Shown here: piece by piece, positions 36,760 to 49,100 of the stretch
Position numbering within the stretch: the stretch's first letter is position 1
Layout of the letters: every line of letters begins with the position of its first letter
Origin: Zancudomyces culisetae HAW-14-8
Lineage: Eukaryota; Fungi; Kickxellomycota
Length of the DNA stretch: 64,000 nt
Assembly (NCBI GenBank): GCA_052426225.1
Contig: JBNJNM010000014.1
Span: 124,001-188,000, forward strand
Reading direction: 5' to 3'
Program-made: the position numbers and the translations under genes
The notes under the pieces: generated by a model
Seen by the model: only the letters and a program-made list of their open reading frames with translations
Databases searched by the model: none
What the model was told of the DNA's origin: nothing

Positions 36760-37230
36760 TGTCATGAACTGTTTCTAGAATGTTCGAAAACGTTCTAGAA
36801 TCATCTGATTTTATTCCGCAGTAATGTTTAGAATGTTGGGGAACATTCTAGAACAATACCGAAAATTCACAGTATTTATTAGTTTTTCTTACGTAATAAT
36901 TTTCACATGTTTAATTTTATTAGCATTCGAGTTTGATTTTTGTTTGATTCTAATCAAATTTGATTAGTAATCAAACACGTTTTACTTTAACTTGCATTTT
37001 TAGCTATTCCGCAGTTTTCATAGTGATTTTGTTCAAAAACCAAGGCTGGAAAAAAGTATTAAAAGGGTACAATTTTCCTGTCTTGGATTCAGTATCTAGT
37101 GTCTTGTATACATTCATACAATAAACTTTAATAATAATAAATATAACTCTCCTGACTCCAGATCTTGACACTATACTAGATCAAAATATTATATTTATTA
37201 TTTTCTGACACCAGCCTAAGTATTTTAACC

Positions 37231-38451
37231 ATGGAACCGTTTAGCCCAGAACAAGTTGAATTCCTCAACAAAGCCGCCGTGACCCTGCCAGCAGTTGAAG
37301 AAGCCCTCCAGCAACTACTAATAAGAGTAGAAAAAGCCGAGTCTGCCATCAAGGAACACCCTGCCACAGTATCCAAGAAAATTTATGACAAGGTCAAAGC
37401 AGACACCACCAAGTCCATCCAGACCATTCTTGACTCCATGAACAACCTCCAGTCCGATATCCAGAATTCAGACCAGCTAACCCAAAGCGCCATACAGGCC
37501 AATCAGTTGGAAATCCAATCCCTTCAGGACCAGCTCAGTACCCTCAGGAACGAAGTCATAATTTATATAACTGAAAACCGTGCCACCAAAGTTGCTAGTA
37601 CTTCTGAACCTAGTATCAAAGTCAGACACCCAGACACATTTTCAGGAAAACCCTCCGCCTGTTCCAACTTCTTTTCACAGCTTGCTCTCGTCTTTGCCGC
37701 TTCACCCGATAAATTCAACACAGACTCAAGTAAAGTCTTGTATGCCATCTCCTACCTCTCAGGCACACCATTCAGTTACATGGAACCTTACCTCATGAAA
37801 GCAAACCTTCCAGAGTCTGATCGTCCTGCCATCCTCTCCAACTACAATCTGTTTAAAGAAACTATCACTCGTGCCTTTGGTGATCCCAACCCTATTGAGA
37901 ATGCTGATAGGGCAATCCGCCAACTCCGCCAAACCACTTCCGTTGCCGCATATGCCACCGAGTTTAGACGCCTACAGATGTTAATTGACTGGAACCAACC
38001 ACCTTTGATCTCACAGTTTCTATCCGGTCTCAAGTACAACGTATCCCAAGAACTCAACCGTAGAGAACCAATAGAAGACATCGATACCCTGATCTCTACA
38101 GCCATCCAGATCGACAACCGCCTCTTCAGCCATCCACAACGTCGTCAACCTCCAGTTAACCCCACTGCAACTATGCCACCCAAACCCACTGCTTACAACC
38201 CGTTTGCTTCACCTGTTTCTGCACCATCTACCACTCCACCAGCTAATAGTGATGGACCTCAACCAATGGATCTCAGTACCGCTTCATCGACTAGAAGACC
38301 ACCACTTACTCCTGCTCAAAGGGCATACCGTATCGAAAACAACCTCTGTCTCTATTGTGGCGGTAATGACCATTTCAACATCAACTGTCCAAAGAAACGT
38401 CACAACATCTCCAGCATTACACCAATACAGGAAAACGACACCGCCCAGTAG
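37231..38451 (+). CDS. Element B Gag (coiled-coil, capsid, CCHC knuckle)
   Basis: PDTFSGKP, LRQTTSVAAYATEF, PMDL, CLYCGGNDHFNINC. Confidence 0.93.
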   Translation: MEPFSPEQVEFLNKAAVTLPAVEEALQQLLIRVEKAESAIKEHPATVSKKIYDKVKADTTKSIQTILDSMNNLQSDIQNSDQLTQSAIQANQLEIQSLQDQLSTLRNEVIIYITENRATKVASTSEPSIKVRHPDTFSGKPSACSNFFSQLALVFAASPDKFNTDSSKVLYAISYLSGTPFSYMEPYLMKANLPESDRPAILSNYNLFKETITRAFGDPNPIENADRAIRQLRQTTSVAAYATEFRRLQMLIDWNQPPLISQFLSGLKYNVSQELNRREPIEDIDTLISTAIQIDNRLFSHPQRRQPPVNPTATMPPKPTAYNPFASPVSAPSTTPPANSDGPQPMDLSTASSTRRPPLTPAQRAYRIENNLCLYCGGNDHFNINCPKKRHNISSITPIQENDTAQ

Positions 38452-41400
38452 ACAGTAAGGGACACCTATTGGGCAACTTAGCCAGTCCCCACGCCACTGT
38501 AACCACTCCTGTTTCTGACACCCAATCTCCTGATAAACCAAACACCTTGACCATTCCTGTAACCATCTTGTCCAAGCACCACCACATCAAAACCTACGCT
38601 ATGGTTGATTCTGGTGCTTCGTCCTCGTTCATTGACGCCACCTTTGCTCTAAAAAACAATCTCCCATCTATATCTAGAAAAATGACAATCACTCTCGCTG
38701 ACGGATCAAAGCTTAGATCCAACTCTGCCTCCCAAGTAACACTAAAAATCAATGATAACCATCTCGAAAGTATCTATCTGCAACAAATAGACCTTGGATC
38801 TTCACCAATCATCCTTGGTCTTTCCTGGCTTCAACAACACAATCCTGACATCAACTGGACTGAGAACATAGTCCATCTGCCTTGTACCTTGACTTCTTGT
38901 GGGCCCAACCATGTCAACCTAGACATATCTCTTGTGGGCTCAAACCAGTTTAAAGAACATCTGAAGGCACCAGACACTGTCTATGCTGGTGCAATTACCG
39001 TGAACAATCTTGAATCCCTTGTAGCTCCTGAATCTTGTGAAAATCTCTGTCTTGTCTCTGAATCTAATCCTGAAACCCCTGTTACTCCTGTAATCCCTGA
39101 AAAGTATAAAATGTTTGAATCTGTCTTCTCTGAATCCCAATCTGCCAAACTGCCTGAACATCGTCCATATGATCATACCATTCCTTTGCTTCCTGACTCA
39201 AAGATACCATATGGCCCATTGTACAACCTCTCCCAATTGGAACTAAAGACCCTGTACGACTACATTCAGGAAAACCTAGCCAATGGTTTTATCCAACGCT
39301 CTGAATCCCCGGCTGGGGCTCCCGTCCTATTTGTAAAAAAGAAAGATGGTAGTCTCCGGTTGTGCGTCGACTATAGAGCCCTGAATAAGATCACTGTCCC
39401 CAACCGTGCAGCCTTGCCAATCATCTCTGAAACCTTGGATCGGCTTGGCAAAGCCAAGATATTCACCAAGCTGGATATGAAATCCGCATACCACATGATC
39501 AGGATCTCGCCTGGTGAAGAATGGAAGACCGCGTTTCGTACACGCTACGGCCACTTCGAGTATAAGGTCATGCCGTTTGGCCTTATGAATGCTCCAGCCA
39601 CGTTCCAGTCCTTTGTTAACGATCTCTTCCGTGAATACATTGATCAATTCCTTGTTGTGTACATCGATGATCTGTTAATCTACTCAGATGATATCGATAA
39701 GCACTATGACCACGTCTGCCTTGTCTTGAAGAAGCTTCAGGAACACAATCTCACCCTCAAGCTAGAGAAATGTGAGTTTGATGTACAATCAGTACAGTTC
39801 CTCGGTTTTGTAATTGGCCCCAACGGAATCTCTATGGATCCATCAAAAGTATCCAGCGTCACCGAATGGAAGACACCAACTTGTGTCCGTGACGTTCAGG
39901 TATTCCTTGGCCTTACAAACTTCTACCGCCGTTTTATTCTGAACTACTCCAAGATATCTCTGCCACTCACCGCCTTGTTGAAAAAAGGTGTTCAATTCCA
40001 GTGGACACCCAAAGCTGAAGAAGCTTTCGCCTTGCTAAAAGAAACCATGATCAGTAATCCAGTCTTAGCTCACTACAATCCTGACCAGCCTTGTATCATC
40101 GAAACCGATGCATCAGATTTTGCATTAGGTGCCATTTGCAGCCAGTATGACAACGAGGGACAACTCCACCCTGTTGCATACTACTCCCGGAAACTCCTGC
40201 CTGCTGAAGTGAATTATCAAATCTATGATAAGGAACTGTTAGCAATTATCGACGCTTTTGCTCACTGGCGTCACTACCTTGAATTTTCTGTACACCCAAC
40301 CGTTGTTATGACCGACCATAAAAACTTGGAATACTTCTCCACTACCAGAAATCTTAGTCGCCGCCAAGTCAGATGGTCAGAATACCTCAGTAACTTCAAC
40401 TTTGTCATCAAGTACCGCCCTGGAAAACAGAACACTGCCGCCGATGCTCTTTCTCGGAAAGACCAACCTTGGAAGGGGGGTGACTCCCGTACTGACCAAA
40501 ACAAAATAACTTTGCTACCTCCTGAAATCTTCTTGAAGTCCATGACTAGTACACCTGTTGAACCTTTGTCCTCCACGCTCATGAACAACATCAAGTCACT
40601 ACAACCCAAAGACACGTACTTTGGACCCATTTACACTGACTTATTCAAGAAACCTGATTCCCATGAAAAGTTCGCTCTTGTTGACAATCTTCTGCACTAT
40701 GATGGACTAATCTGTATCCCCTCAGACGACAACATCAAAAGAACAATTCTGATTGAATGCCATGATTCCCCTGCTGCCGGCCACTTTGGAAATGCAAAGA
40801 CGTACGAACTTGTATCTCGCAACTTTTACTGGCCAACCATGAGAAAATATATCAAAGACTACATCTCTGGTTGCGATACCTGTCAACGCAACAAATCCTC
40901 TCGCCATAAACCATATGGCTACCTCGCTCCACTTCCCGTTCCTGATTCACCTTGGTCATCTGTTTCTGTCGACTTCATCACTCAGCTACCTCCATCCAAT
41001 AACTTTACTGCAATCTGTGTATTTGTGGATCGCCTTACCAAGATGGCGCATTTTGTTCCCACAACCAATGAAATTGATGCTGAAGGTACTGCAGATCTAT
41101 TTATCCAACATGTCTTCTGCAAACATGGGCTCCCTAAAGACATCGTATCTGATAGAGGTGTAACCTTCAACTCATCATTCATGCGTACTCTAATGAAATC
41201 ACTGAATATTGAACAGAAAATGTCCACCGCATTCCATCCTCAGACAGATGGACAAACTGAACGCGTAAACTCAGTATTGGAACAGTATCTCAGGTGCTAC
41301 ATTGATTACCAACAAACTGATTGGTCAAAGTGGTTACCAATTGCTGAATTCGCCTACAACAACACATCTCATGCTTCTACTAAGACCACACCTTTCTACG

Positions 41401-42047
41401 CCAACTATGGCTTCCATCCACGCTTCTCAGTCATAATCCCTCGTACTCAAGTTTTAAATCCTGCCTCCTCTGATAGATCCAAACGACTATCTGATATCCA
41501 CCAAGAACTGAAGTTTAACATCTCCCTTGCCCTTGAAGACCATGAGAAATACTACAACCGAAAAGTATCATCACAACCTGACTTCAACATTGGTGATCTT
41601 GTCTATCTCTCAACTAAAAACATCAGGACTCAAAGACCAAGCAAGAAGCTTGACTATCGGAAACTTGGTCCATTCAAAGTATTGGAAAAGATTGGACAAA
41701 GATCATACAAACTTCAGCTACCACACACAATGAAGATTCACCCAGTATTCCACGTCAATCTGCTTGAACCTTGTAAACCAGATCTGATCCCAGACAGACC
41801 ATCAAAACCACTTCTACCTGTGATTATTGATGGCCAAGAAGAATATGAAGTTGAGAAAATCCTAGATAGTAAAATATTTGGTAGAACTGTCAAATACCTG
41901 GTACACTGGAAAGGATACCCAGACACTGAACGTACCTGGCAAACATATTCTGACTTAGCAAATGCAAAATATCTTGTCACTGAATTCCATCGTCACCATC
42001 CTGAAAAACCAAAGACACCACAAATGCTTCACGGAGCTCAGCCTTAA
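38430..42047 (+). CDS. Element B Pol (protease, RT, RNase H, integrase, chromodomain), reached by a -1 frameshift
   Basis: DSGAS, YIDDLL, ETDASD, HHCC zinc finger, SDRG/GQTER, GPF, EYEVEKILD...YLVHWKGY. G GAA AAC at 38430-38436. Confidence 0.95.
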   Translation, partial: GKRHRPVDSKGHLLGNLASPHATVTTPVSDTQSPDKPNTLTIPVTILSKHHHIKTYAMVDSGASSSFIDATFALKNNLPSISRKMTITLADGSKLRSNSASQVTLKINDNHLESIYLQQIDLGSSPIILGLSWLQQHNPDINWTENIVHLPCTLTSCGPNHVNLDISLVGSNQFKEHLKAPDTVYAGAITVNNLESLVAPESCENLCLVSESNPETPVTPVIPEKYKMFESVFSESQSAKLPEHRPYDHTIPLLPDSKIPYGPLYNLSQLELKTLYDYIQENLANGFIQRSESPAGAPVLFVKKKDGSLRLCVDYRALNKITVPNRAALPIISETLDRLGKAKIFTKLDMKSAYHMIRISPGEEWKTAFRTRYGHFEYKVMPFGLMNAPATFQSFVNDLFREYIDQFLVVYIDDLLIYSDDIDKHYDHVCLVLKKLQEHNLTLKLEKCEFDVQSVQFLGFVIGPNGISMDPSKVSSVTEWKTPTCVRDVQVFLGLTNFYRRFILNYSKISLPLTALLKKGVQFQWTPKAEEAFALLKETMISNPVLAHYNPDQPCIIETDASDFALGAICSQYDNEGQLHPVAYYSRKLLPAEVNYQIYDKELLAIIDAFAHWRHYLEFSVHPTVVMTDHKNLEYFSTTRNLSRRQVRWSEYLSNFNFVIKYRPGKQNTAADALSRKDQPWKGGDSRTDQNKITLLPPEIFLKSMTSTPVEPLSSTLMNNIKSLQPKDTYFGPIYTDLFKKPDSHEKFALVDNLLHYDGLICIPSDDNIKRTILIECHDSPAAGHFGNAKTYELVSRNFYWPTMRKYIKDYISGCDTCQRNKSSRHKPYGYLAPLPVPDSPWSSVSVDFITQLPPSNNFTAICVFVDRLTKMAHFVPTTNEIDAEGTADLFIQHVFCKHGLPKDIVSDRGVTFNSSFMRTLMKSLNIEQKMSTAFHPQTDGQTERVNSVLEQYLRCYIDYQQTDWSKWLPIAEFAYNNTSHASTKTTPFYANYGFHPRFSVIIPRTQVLNPASSDRSKRLSDIHQELKFNISLALEDHEKYYNRKVSSQPDFNIGDLVYLSTKNIRTQRPSKKLDYRKLGPFKVLEKIGQRSYKLQLPHTMKIHPVFHVNLLEPCKPDLIPDRPSKPLLPVIIDGQEEYEVEKILDSKIFGRTVKYLVHWKGYPDTERTWQTYSDLANAKYLVTEFHRHHPEKPKTPQMLHGAQP

Positions 42048-43373
42048 GAATGGAGGTCGTGTCATGAACTGATTCTAGAATGTTCGAAAACGTTCTAGAA
42101 TCATCTGATTTTATTCCGCAGTAATGTTTAGAATGTTGGGGAACATTCTAGAACAATACCGAAAATTCACATTATTTATTAATTTTTCTTACGTAATAAT
42201 TTTCACATGTTTAATTTTATTAGCATTCGAGTTTGATTTTTGTTTGATTCTAATCAAATTTGATTAGTAATCAAACACGTTTTACTTTAACTTGCATTTT
42301 TAGCTATTCCGCAGTTTTCATAGTGATTTTGTTCAAAAACCAAGGCAGGAAAAAAGTATTAAAAGGGTACAATTTTCCTGTCTTGGATTCAGTATCTAGT
42401 GTCTTGTATACATTCATACAATAAACTTTAATAATAATAAATATAACTCTCCTGACTCCAGATCTTGACATTGTGTGTGCTAAGTATAAAATTATCGAAA
42501 TACGAAACCCAATCATTTAAAAAATTGTAAAGAAAATTTTGATATTAATATTCTACTAAAGTTGTATATAATTTTTTATCGATATTAATGGATGCTGTAC
42601 AATTTTTAATTCGCTATATAATTATTAGTATTAATACAATTGCACTTACAATATAATAGAAATCGATTAACCAAAGTGATGTATCAGTGAAAAATGGCTA
42701 AATTTAAATAGTATAAAATTATATATCTGACTTAAAAAATTCCAATTACAAATAATAGTCTATTATACGTAACTTTATATATCTATCGATCTATACTAGT
42801 CTTAGTACAAGCTTATTTTTTCATCAATAAACCAATTCTACAATAAATTAATCGACCCCAAAATCCTCCAGAATGGGCAAATACTTTATTCAACAGATTG
42901 CAAAATTTGGAACAGCAGCTCGCAAGAAACAGGAAAAATTCAATTACACCTGTCGAGTAAGCCGCTGATTTGGCCGCTACACCCATGGAAACGGATTCAA
43001 GTGTATACGTGGTTCAAAGACAAGCACCTATGGACCTCAATGTGTATCCAGAGCTCATAGAATCTATCACAGGGATCCATAATTTAATCTTTAGAAGCAT
43101 TCTTTCGGACACCAAAAGAAAAGAGTTTCTCGGTTCCTGCCCTCGTAACGAGGCCATTGAGTACAGCCTTCCCTTTCTAACAGAAATGGGCCTCAATCAG
43201 TCAGCCAAAAAAGTAGATTCAACCCTGTACGACCTTCAGTACATGCTTTCAGGAATCACTAGACCAATTGATTACGTCATTCACCAAGTTATTGAATCTC
43301 GGGAAGTTGTGGATCAGCTGTAAACCATTAACTTTGCCAATGTTATGCGGCAGTTGGTCCGTGACATCGCTTC

Positions 43374-43512
43374 TGTCACAGAACGAGAATTATTAATAAA
43401 CAAGTTGTAGTTCTTAACGAATTACAACGAAGCATAAACGAAATGATTAAATAATAGATAAAATATTAAATTTAATTATGGATATTAAGAAGTAATATTA
43501 TTGGCTATAACA
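43374..43512 (-). mobile_element. 139-bp mini solo LTR (family F)
   Basis: TGTCA...TAACA ends; TSD GCTTC; homologous to 34950-35090. Confidence 0.88.
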
Positions 43513-43535
43513 GCTTCACACATTACCCAGCTACG

Positions 43536-43947
43536 TGTCATGAACTGTTTCTAGAATGTTCGAAAACGTTCTAGAATCATCTGATTTTATTCCGCAGTAA
43601 TGTTTAGAATGTTCCATAACATTCTAGAACATTACCGAAAATTCACATTATTTCTTAATTTTTCTTACGTAATTATTTTCACATGTTTAATTTTATTAGC
43701 ATTCGAGTTTGATTTTTGTTTGATTACTAATCCAATTTGATTAGTAATCAAACAAGTTTTTCTTTAACTTGCATTTTTAGCTATTCCGCAGTTTTCATAG
43801 TGATTTTGTTCAAAAACCAAAGCTGGAAAAAAGTATAAAAAGGGTACAATTTTCCTGTCTTGGATTCAGTATCTAGTATCTTGTATACATTCATACAATA
43901 AACATTCATAATAATAAATATAACTCTCCAGACTCCAGATCTTGACA
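43536..43947 (+). mobile_element. Solo LTR of the element B family
   Basis: Close match to 36760-37170; TSD CTACG. Confidence 0.95.
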
Positions 43948-45833
43948 CTACGGGTGGACTACATGAGTCGCGCATTGGGGATTCAAAAAAACACTCCGTA
44001 GATCTTCAGACATGATCAGAACCTGCTCATTGAACCAAGCCAGGTGGTTGACCACATTTCATACATTGAAGCGGTCAAAAATTCTGTCAACCAGGTCAAA
44101 CTAGCAAACAGGACAGCGTTTAGTAAGCGTTCAGGAAGAAGGATCCAGTTTTTAGAGAACAGGAGACAGCCAAACAGCAATCCTGGCATTCGGATGCCAC
44201 TTTCACAAGGTTTTGACAAGCCTAGCACCAGTTATAATCATCAGAGCCAGCATCAGACCTAACAAGCTGGTAGCGGCCCTTCCTCCCGTCCTTTTGGGCA
44301 GCGGGGACGGGGACCGAGGAGGCAGAGATGAAGACTATCAATGTGCCAAAGGGCGTGGAACCGTCTAACCGACGACAAATAGATCCAGTCAGTCATAGCC
44401 GAGGGATTCCGGATCCCGTTCCACAGCCAGCCACCAACCACGGCAGCGCCACGGTTGAGACTACCACCAGTCAGCAGAAAAAGCCGGAAAACTATAGAGG
44501 AGGAGATCATGGAGCTCCCAGCCAAGAAGGCTATGAGGTGGTAGAAGGCTCGCCGAGAGGCTTCTATTCGAGCCTGTTCCTAGTGCCAAAGAAAGCAAGG
44601 GAATCTAGACCTGAGTTAAAACTAAATCCGTTAAACGCTTATATACCACCGCGTTCGCTCAAGATGGAAACCTCCAGATGGCATGCAGGCAAATAAAAAG
44701 AAAAGATTTGATGGTCAGCGTCGACCTCAAGGATGATTTTTTACACGTTCTTTTGGCCAGCTCAATAATCAAGTACTTACGGTTCCAGTGGGGAGGGAAA
44801 AGGTACCAGTGCAGAGTCCTCAATTGGGCCTATCACTAAGCCCATGGACCTTCACCAAGGTACTGAAGCCCGTCTTCAAGTGTGCGAGGACGAAGATGAT
44901 ACGGTTGACAGCCTATCTCGAATATTTGCTCATCTTGGGCGCGTTGAAGAACTAGTGTTCCTGAAACGTGGGGAAGGTCTTCAAAAAACTGTCAAAGGTG
45001 GGTTTTTTAATCAAGAAATCAAAGTCATCACCAACTCCAAGTCAGTCCCTGGACCATCTGGGTTTGACTATAAACACCAATGAGATGGGCTTGAGTGTCC
45101 CAAAAACCAAGCTCCGAGACCTATGGAGGGAGGACTAGAAGTTAGTCAGCAAGGGTATGGCCTTGCTCAAAATCCTAGCTTCGTTCATTGGTCGATCTCA
45201 GTGCCAGTGCTTGACAACTGAGTGATATTATTATTTGATTTATGTTTGAAACTTAGATAAAGAAAGTTGAATTATATTGCTAAAGAACTTTATCAATTAA
45301 ATCACTAAGTATTTATAGTTTAAAACAACTATCAAATTTGATAAAAATTTAAAGAAAATAAAAATCAATGCATGAAACTAAATATAAAAACTCGATATTA
45401 AATGTAATTAATATGGAGTTGGGGGTTAGGATATTGAAAAAAATTATTTACCAATTTTGGTTTACCCTAAATGTCGATAATTTCCTTTTTCGCAAAATGT
45501 GGTTAATTTTAATAATACCAAAATTAATTTTATTTTGGTTTTTTCCTGAAATTTATTTCGTTTTTTTTTTGCCCCAAAACGAATTAAGTTTCTTTATTCC
45601 AAAATGACATGATTAGATCATGACATCACCTCTCATTAAGCCTGGCTTTTGATCGTGGCTTGTCAGGATACTTCATATGAAACTCGAATACTAGATCAGG
45701 AGCAATAAAATCTTCAGCTGGCTCCCATGTTCGATCCTCTGGAGGGTAACCTTTCCAGTCTATTAAATACTTGAGTTTACCGCTATGTATCTTAGAATCT
45801 AGGATATCCGATACCTCATACTCTTCTTTATTA

Positions 45834-46133
45834 TGTCAGGGTCTGGACTTGGATAAATTATATTTATTAATAACTAGACTATTAGTGAATAAACTAAACG
45901 AAACTAAACTCGTATTAAAACTTATCGTTCCATCATGATAATCGTATAGCATTTATACTTTTCATGATGGGACGATAATGTTAATAATATACTAATTTAA
46001 AACATAACTAAAACATAACTAAAACATTTAAATTAATCATGTGGAGGTCGGTAAATGTTATGGTTATAATTGATAAATTATATGAAACATTGTCCTGTGG
46101 AGACAAAGGTTCATATAATTTAAAACCATAACA
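45834..46133 (-). mobile_element. Solo LTR (300 bp) inserted just before the element D chromodomain
   Basis: TGTCA...TAACA ends; flanks TATTA/GATTA (4/5 TSD match); removal restores PIIIDN-EEYEV. Confidence 0.85.
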
Positions 46134-49100
46134 GATTATCAATGATTATCGGTTATGGTGGCAACTGGGGACGTCCAGTGTATGAGATCAGTTTGTATGG
46201 TTTAAGTAGAGAGGTATGGAACACTGGGTGTATTCTCATTATACTAGGTAGCTTTAGTCTGGCAGCAACAGGATTGACCATTTCTAGAATTTCAGAGGTC
46301 CAATGTATTTGAACTCTAACTTCTGGGATGGTCTCATGGATTTGATATTAGCTTGGGACAGCCATACCTTAGACTCTGGAAGGAAAACAGTGGAAACTGA
46401 GCGTTTTCTATCTGCAAAGTGCTTAATCGTTCTTAAGCACGATCCAGTTGATCCTTGAGTTGTGATTGAATGCAGAGTAACTGTGAAGCAAACTGTGATG
46501 CACTGGGGACATTGGATTCGGGGATGGAGTCGATTACCAGTTGGGGAATGTACCCATAGTTGGCATAGAAAGGGCTAAATTTAATGGAAGCATGAGTTGC
46601 ATTGTTGTTTGCGAACTCAACCATGGGCAGCAGGTGAATCCAATTATCCTGATGGTAGTTAACGAAACAACGTAGATACTGCTCGAGTATCTGGTTGACC
46701 CATTCTGTCTGACCATCAGACTGTGGATGGTATGACGATGACATGTGGAGTTCAATTTTCAGGAGTCGGGTTAGTTCTCTCCAAAACTTAGAAACAAACT
46801 GGGGTCCACGGTCAGAAACAATACTTTGTGGCATACCGTGTAGCTTGAAAACGTAGTCCATAAACTTTGTGGCTGTTTTTGTAGCAGATGGAGTACTCTT
46901 GAGCGGAATAAAGTGGGCCATCTTGGTTAAGCGATCCACTACCACCAAGACTACAGTATTACCTTCAGAACGCGGTAACTCCACTATGAAATCCATAGAA
47001 ACAGCTTCCCAAGGACGATTGGGGGTGTTTAATGGCATGAGCATTCCAGATGGCTTGGTTGTAACATGTTTGATGCGGTTACACGTTTCACAGGAGTCGA
47101 TGTATTCCTGAATAGTGGTTCGAATTCCTGGCCACCAATACTTACGGGATATAAGGCTGTGTGTCTTGCTTCTACCGAAATGGCCAGCAAGCAGTGAATC
47201 ATGGCACATTTCAAGGATTTGGAGTCTAAGTGGTTCTGGAACATAGACTAGGCCCTTGTATCTGACTAGGCCTTCTGTGACTGTGAGTTTCGAGGACGGT
47301 AACTTGGACTTGGTTATCAGGGCTTGGGCTTCGTTACTGGTCTTGGTCATGGATAGTATAATTGACATGAGATCGCTGGACTGGCTAGTATCTATTGAAC
47401 CAACGATAATCTTAGGCTGCCAAATGGGACGGAAATCAAGATTATCTACCCCCCTCTTATGCTCATCTTTTCGGGATAGAGCATCGGCCTTTCCGTTCTG
47501 AGTTCCTGGCCGGTAAGTCAATATAATGTCGAATCTGGTTAGGAAAAGTGCCCACCTGGCTTGTCTCTGGTTAAGTACCTTGGCTGAGCGAAAATATTCC
47601 AAGTTTTTGTGGTCTGTGATTACAAGGACAGGATATGAGGCACCTTCCAAGTGATGTCTCCATTGTTCAAGAGCGCATTTAATTGCGAGCAGCTCCTTAT
47701 CATAGATGTGATAGTTCTGTTCCGCAGGGTTAAGAGTTCTGGAATAGAAGGCTACTGGATGTGTGACACCATCGTGCTTCTGAGACAGAACAGCACCGAG
47801 AGCATAGTTTGAAGCATCACACTCCAGTATGAACTGTTTGTTGGGGTCCGGGTGCGCAAGAACTGGTGAGGAGATACATTTGGCTTTTAGCTCTTCAAAT
47901 GCTGACTGTTGAGCGGAGCTCCAGATAAACTGGGCATTTTTCTTTAACAGTGAAGTAATTATTGTACTATCTTGGAGTGGTTTTCAATTAATCGGCGATA
48001 GAAGTTGACAAAGCCTAGGAATACTTGAATGTCCTTTACAGATTGTGGTGTGGCCCAGTCTTTGATTGCGGCGATACGTGAGGGGTCCATGAATAATCCG
48101 GCAGGCGTAATTACATATCCCAGAAAATCCACTCTATTCTTGTCAAACTCACATTTTTCTAGTTTGGCATAGAGTTTGTTTTTTATTAGGCGTTTAAGTA
48201 CAGTTCGGACATGAAGGGTATGCTCTTCAGGACTTGCGGAAAATATGAGAATGTCATCCAGGTATATAACAACATACAAATCAAGTATGTCTCTGAAGAT
48301 ATCATTGACAAAAGACTGGAACGTTGCAGGGGCATTTGCAAGCCCAAATGGCATTACTCTATACTCAAAGTGGCCATACTGTGTGCGGAAAGCAGTCTTT
48401 TCCTCGTCACCTTTACGAATACGCACGAGGTTGTATGCACCACGAAGATCGAGTTTGGTGAAGATCTTGGATTGCTGTACTCTTTCTAGCAGCTCAGTCA
48501 TCAACGGTAATGGATACCGGTTGCGTATGACGACCTTGTTGAGCTCTCTGTAGTCAACGACGAGTCTTAGTGAACCATCTTATTTACCCGTGAAAAAGAC
48601 GGGTGCGGCAGCAGGAGACATGGATTTAACAATAAACCCCTTGGCTAGGTTTTCATCGATATACTCTTTGAGGACTTTCCTTTCTTTGGGAGCCAGAGGG
48701 TAGATTGGGCCATACGGTAGCTTAGCATCAGGAACCAGGTCTATGGAGCAATCGTATTCTCTGTGAGGTGGTAAGGTGTCAGCCATTTGTTTATCAAAGG
48801 CTTGGCGGAGATCATGGTATTTGGCAGGAATGGTAACTTCTTCGGTCGTTGGTAGACTAGGCTTGGCTTGGCTGATGAGACCAATCATGTGTGATACTGT
48901 AAGTTTCTTTTTCTTGGTGGGGTACGGCTCGTTCAGTATGATGTTACTTGGGCGTTTTCTGATTGGTTCCACTGGGTCTGCAGGTGGTGGAGTCATTGGT
49001 CTAATCAAGAGAGGAATGGGTGGAATGGGTGGAGCCTCATCCATTGGTAGGTCTAGGTATTCAGAAACACTGGAGCGATCGGATGTGGAAGATTGCGATT

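Larger units (their letters stand above)
36760..42470 (+). mobile_element. Element B: intact Ty3/gypsy chromovirus
   Basis: 411-bp LTRs (36760-37170, 42060-42470) with 4 differences seen; TSD TTGTG on both sides; PPT AAGAATGGAGG; uninterrupted gag and pol. Confidence 0.97.
42870..45201 (+). mobile_element. DIRS-B: decayed second DIRS family (gag plus 5' RT), with two nested LTRs, truncated by element D
   Basis: gag LYDLQYMLSGITRPIDY...DIASHITQLRVDY (restored across the insertions); RT GFRIPF, FYSSLFLVPKK, VDLKDDFLHV, GLSLSPWTFTKVLKP. Confidence 0.85.
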
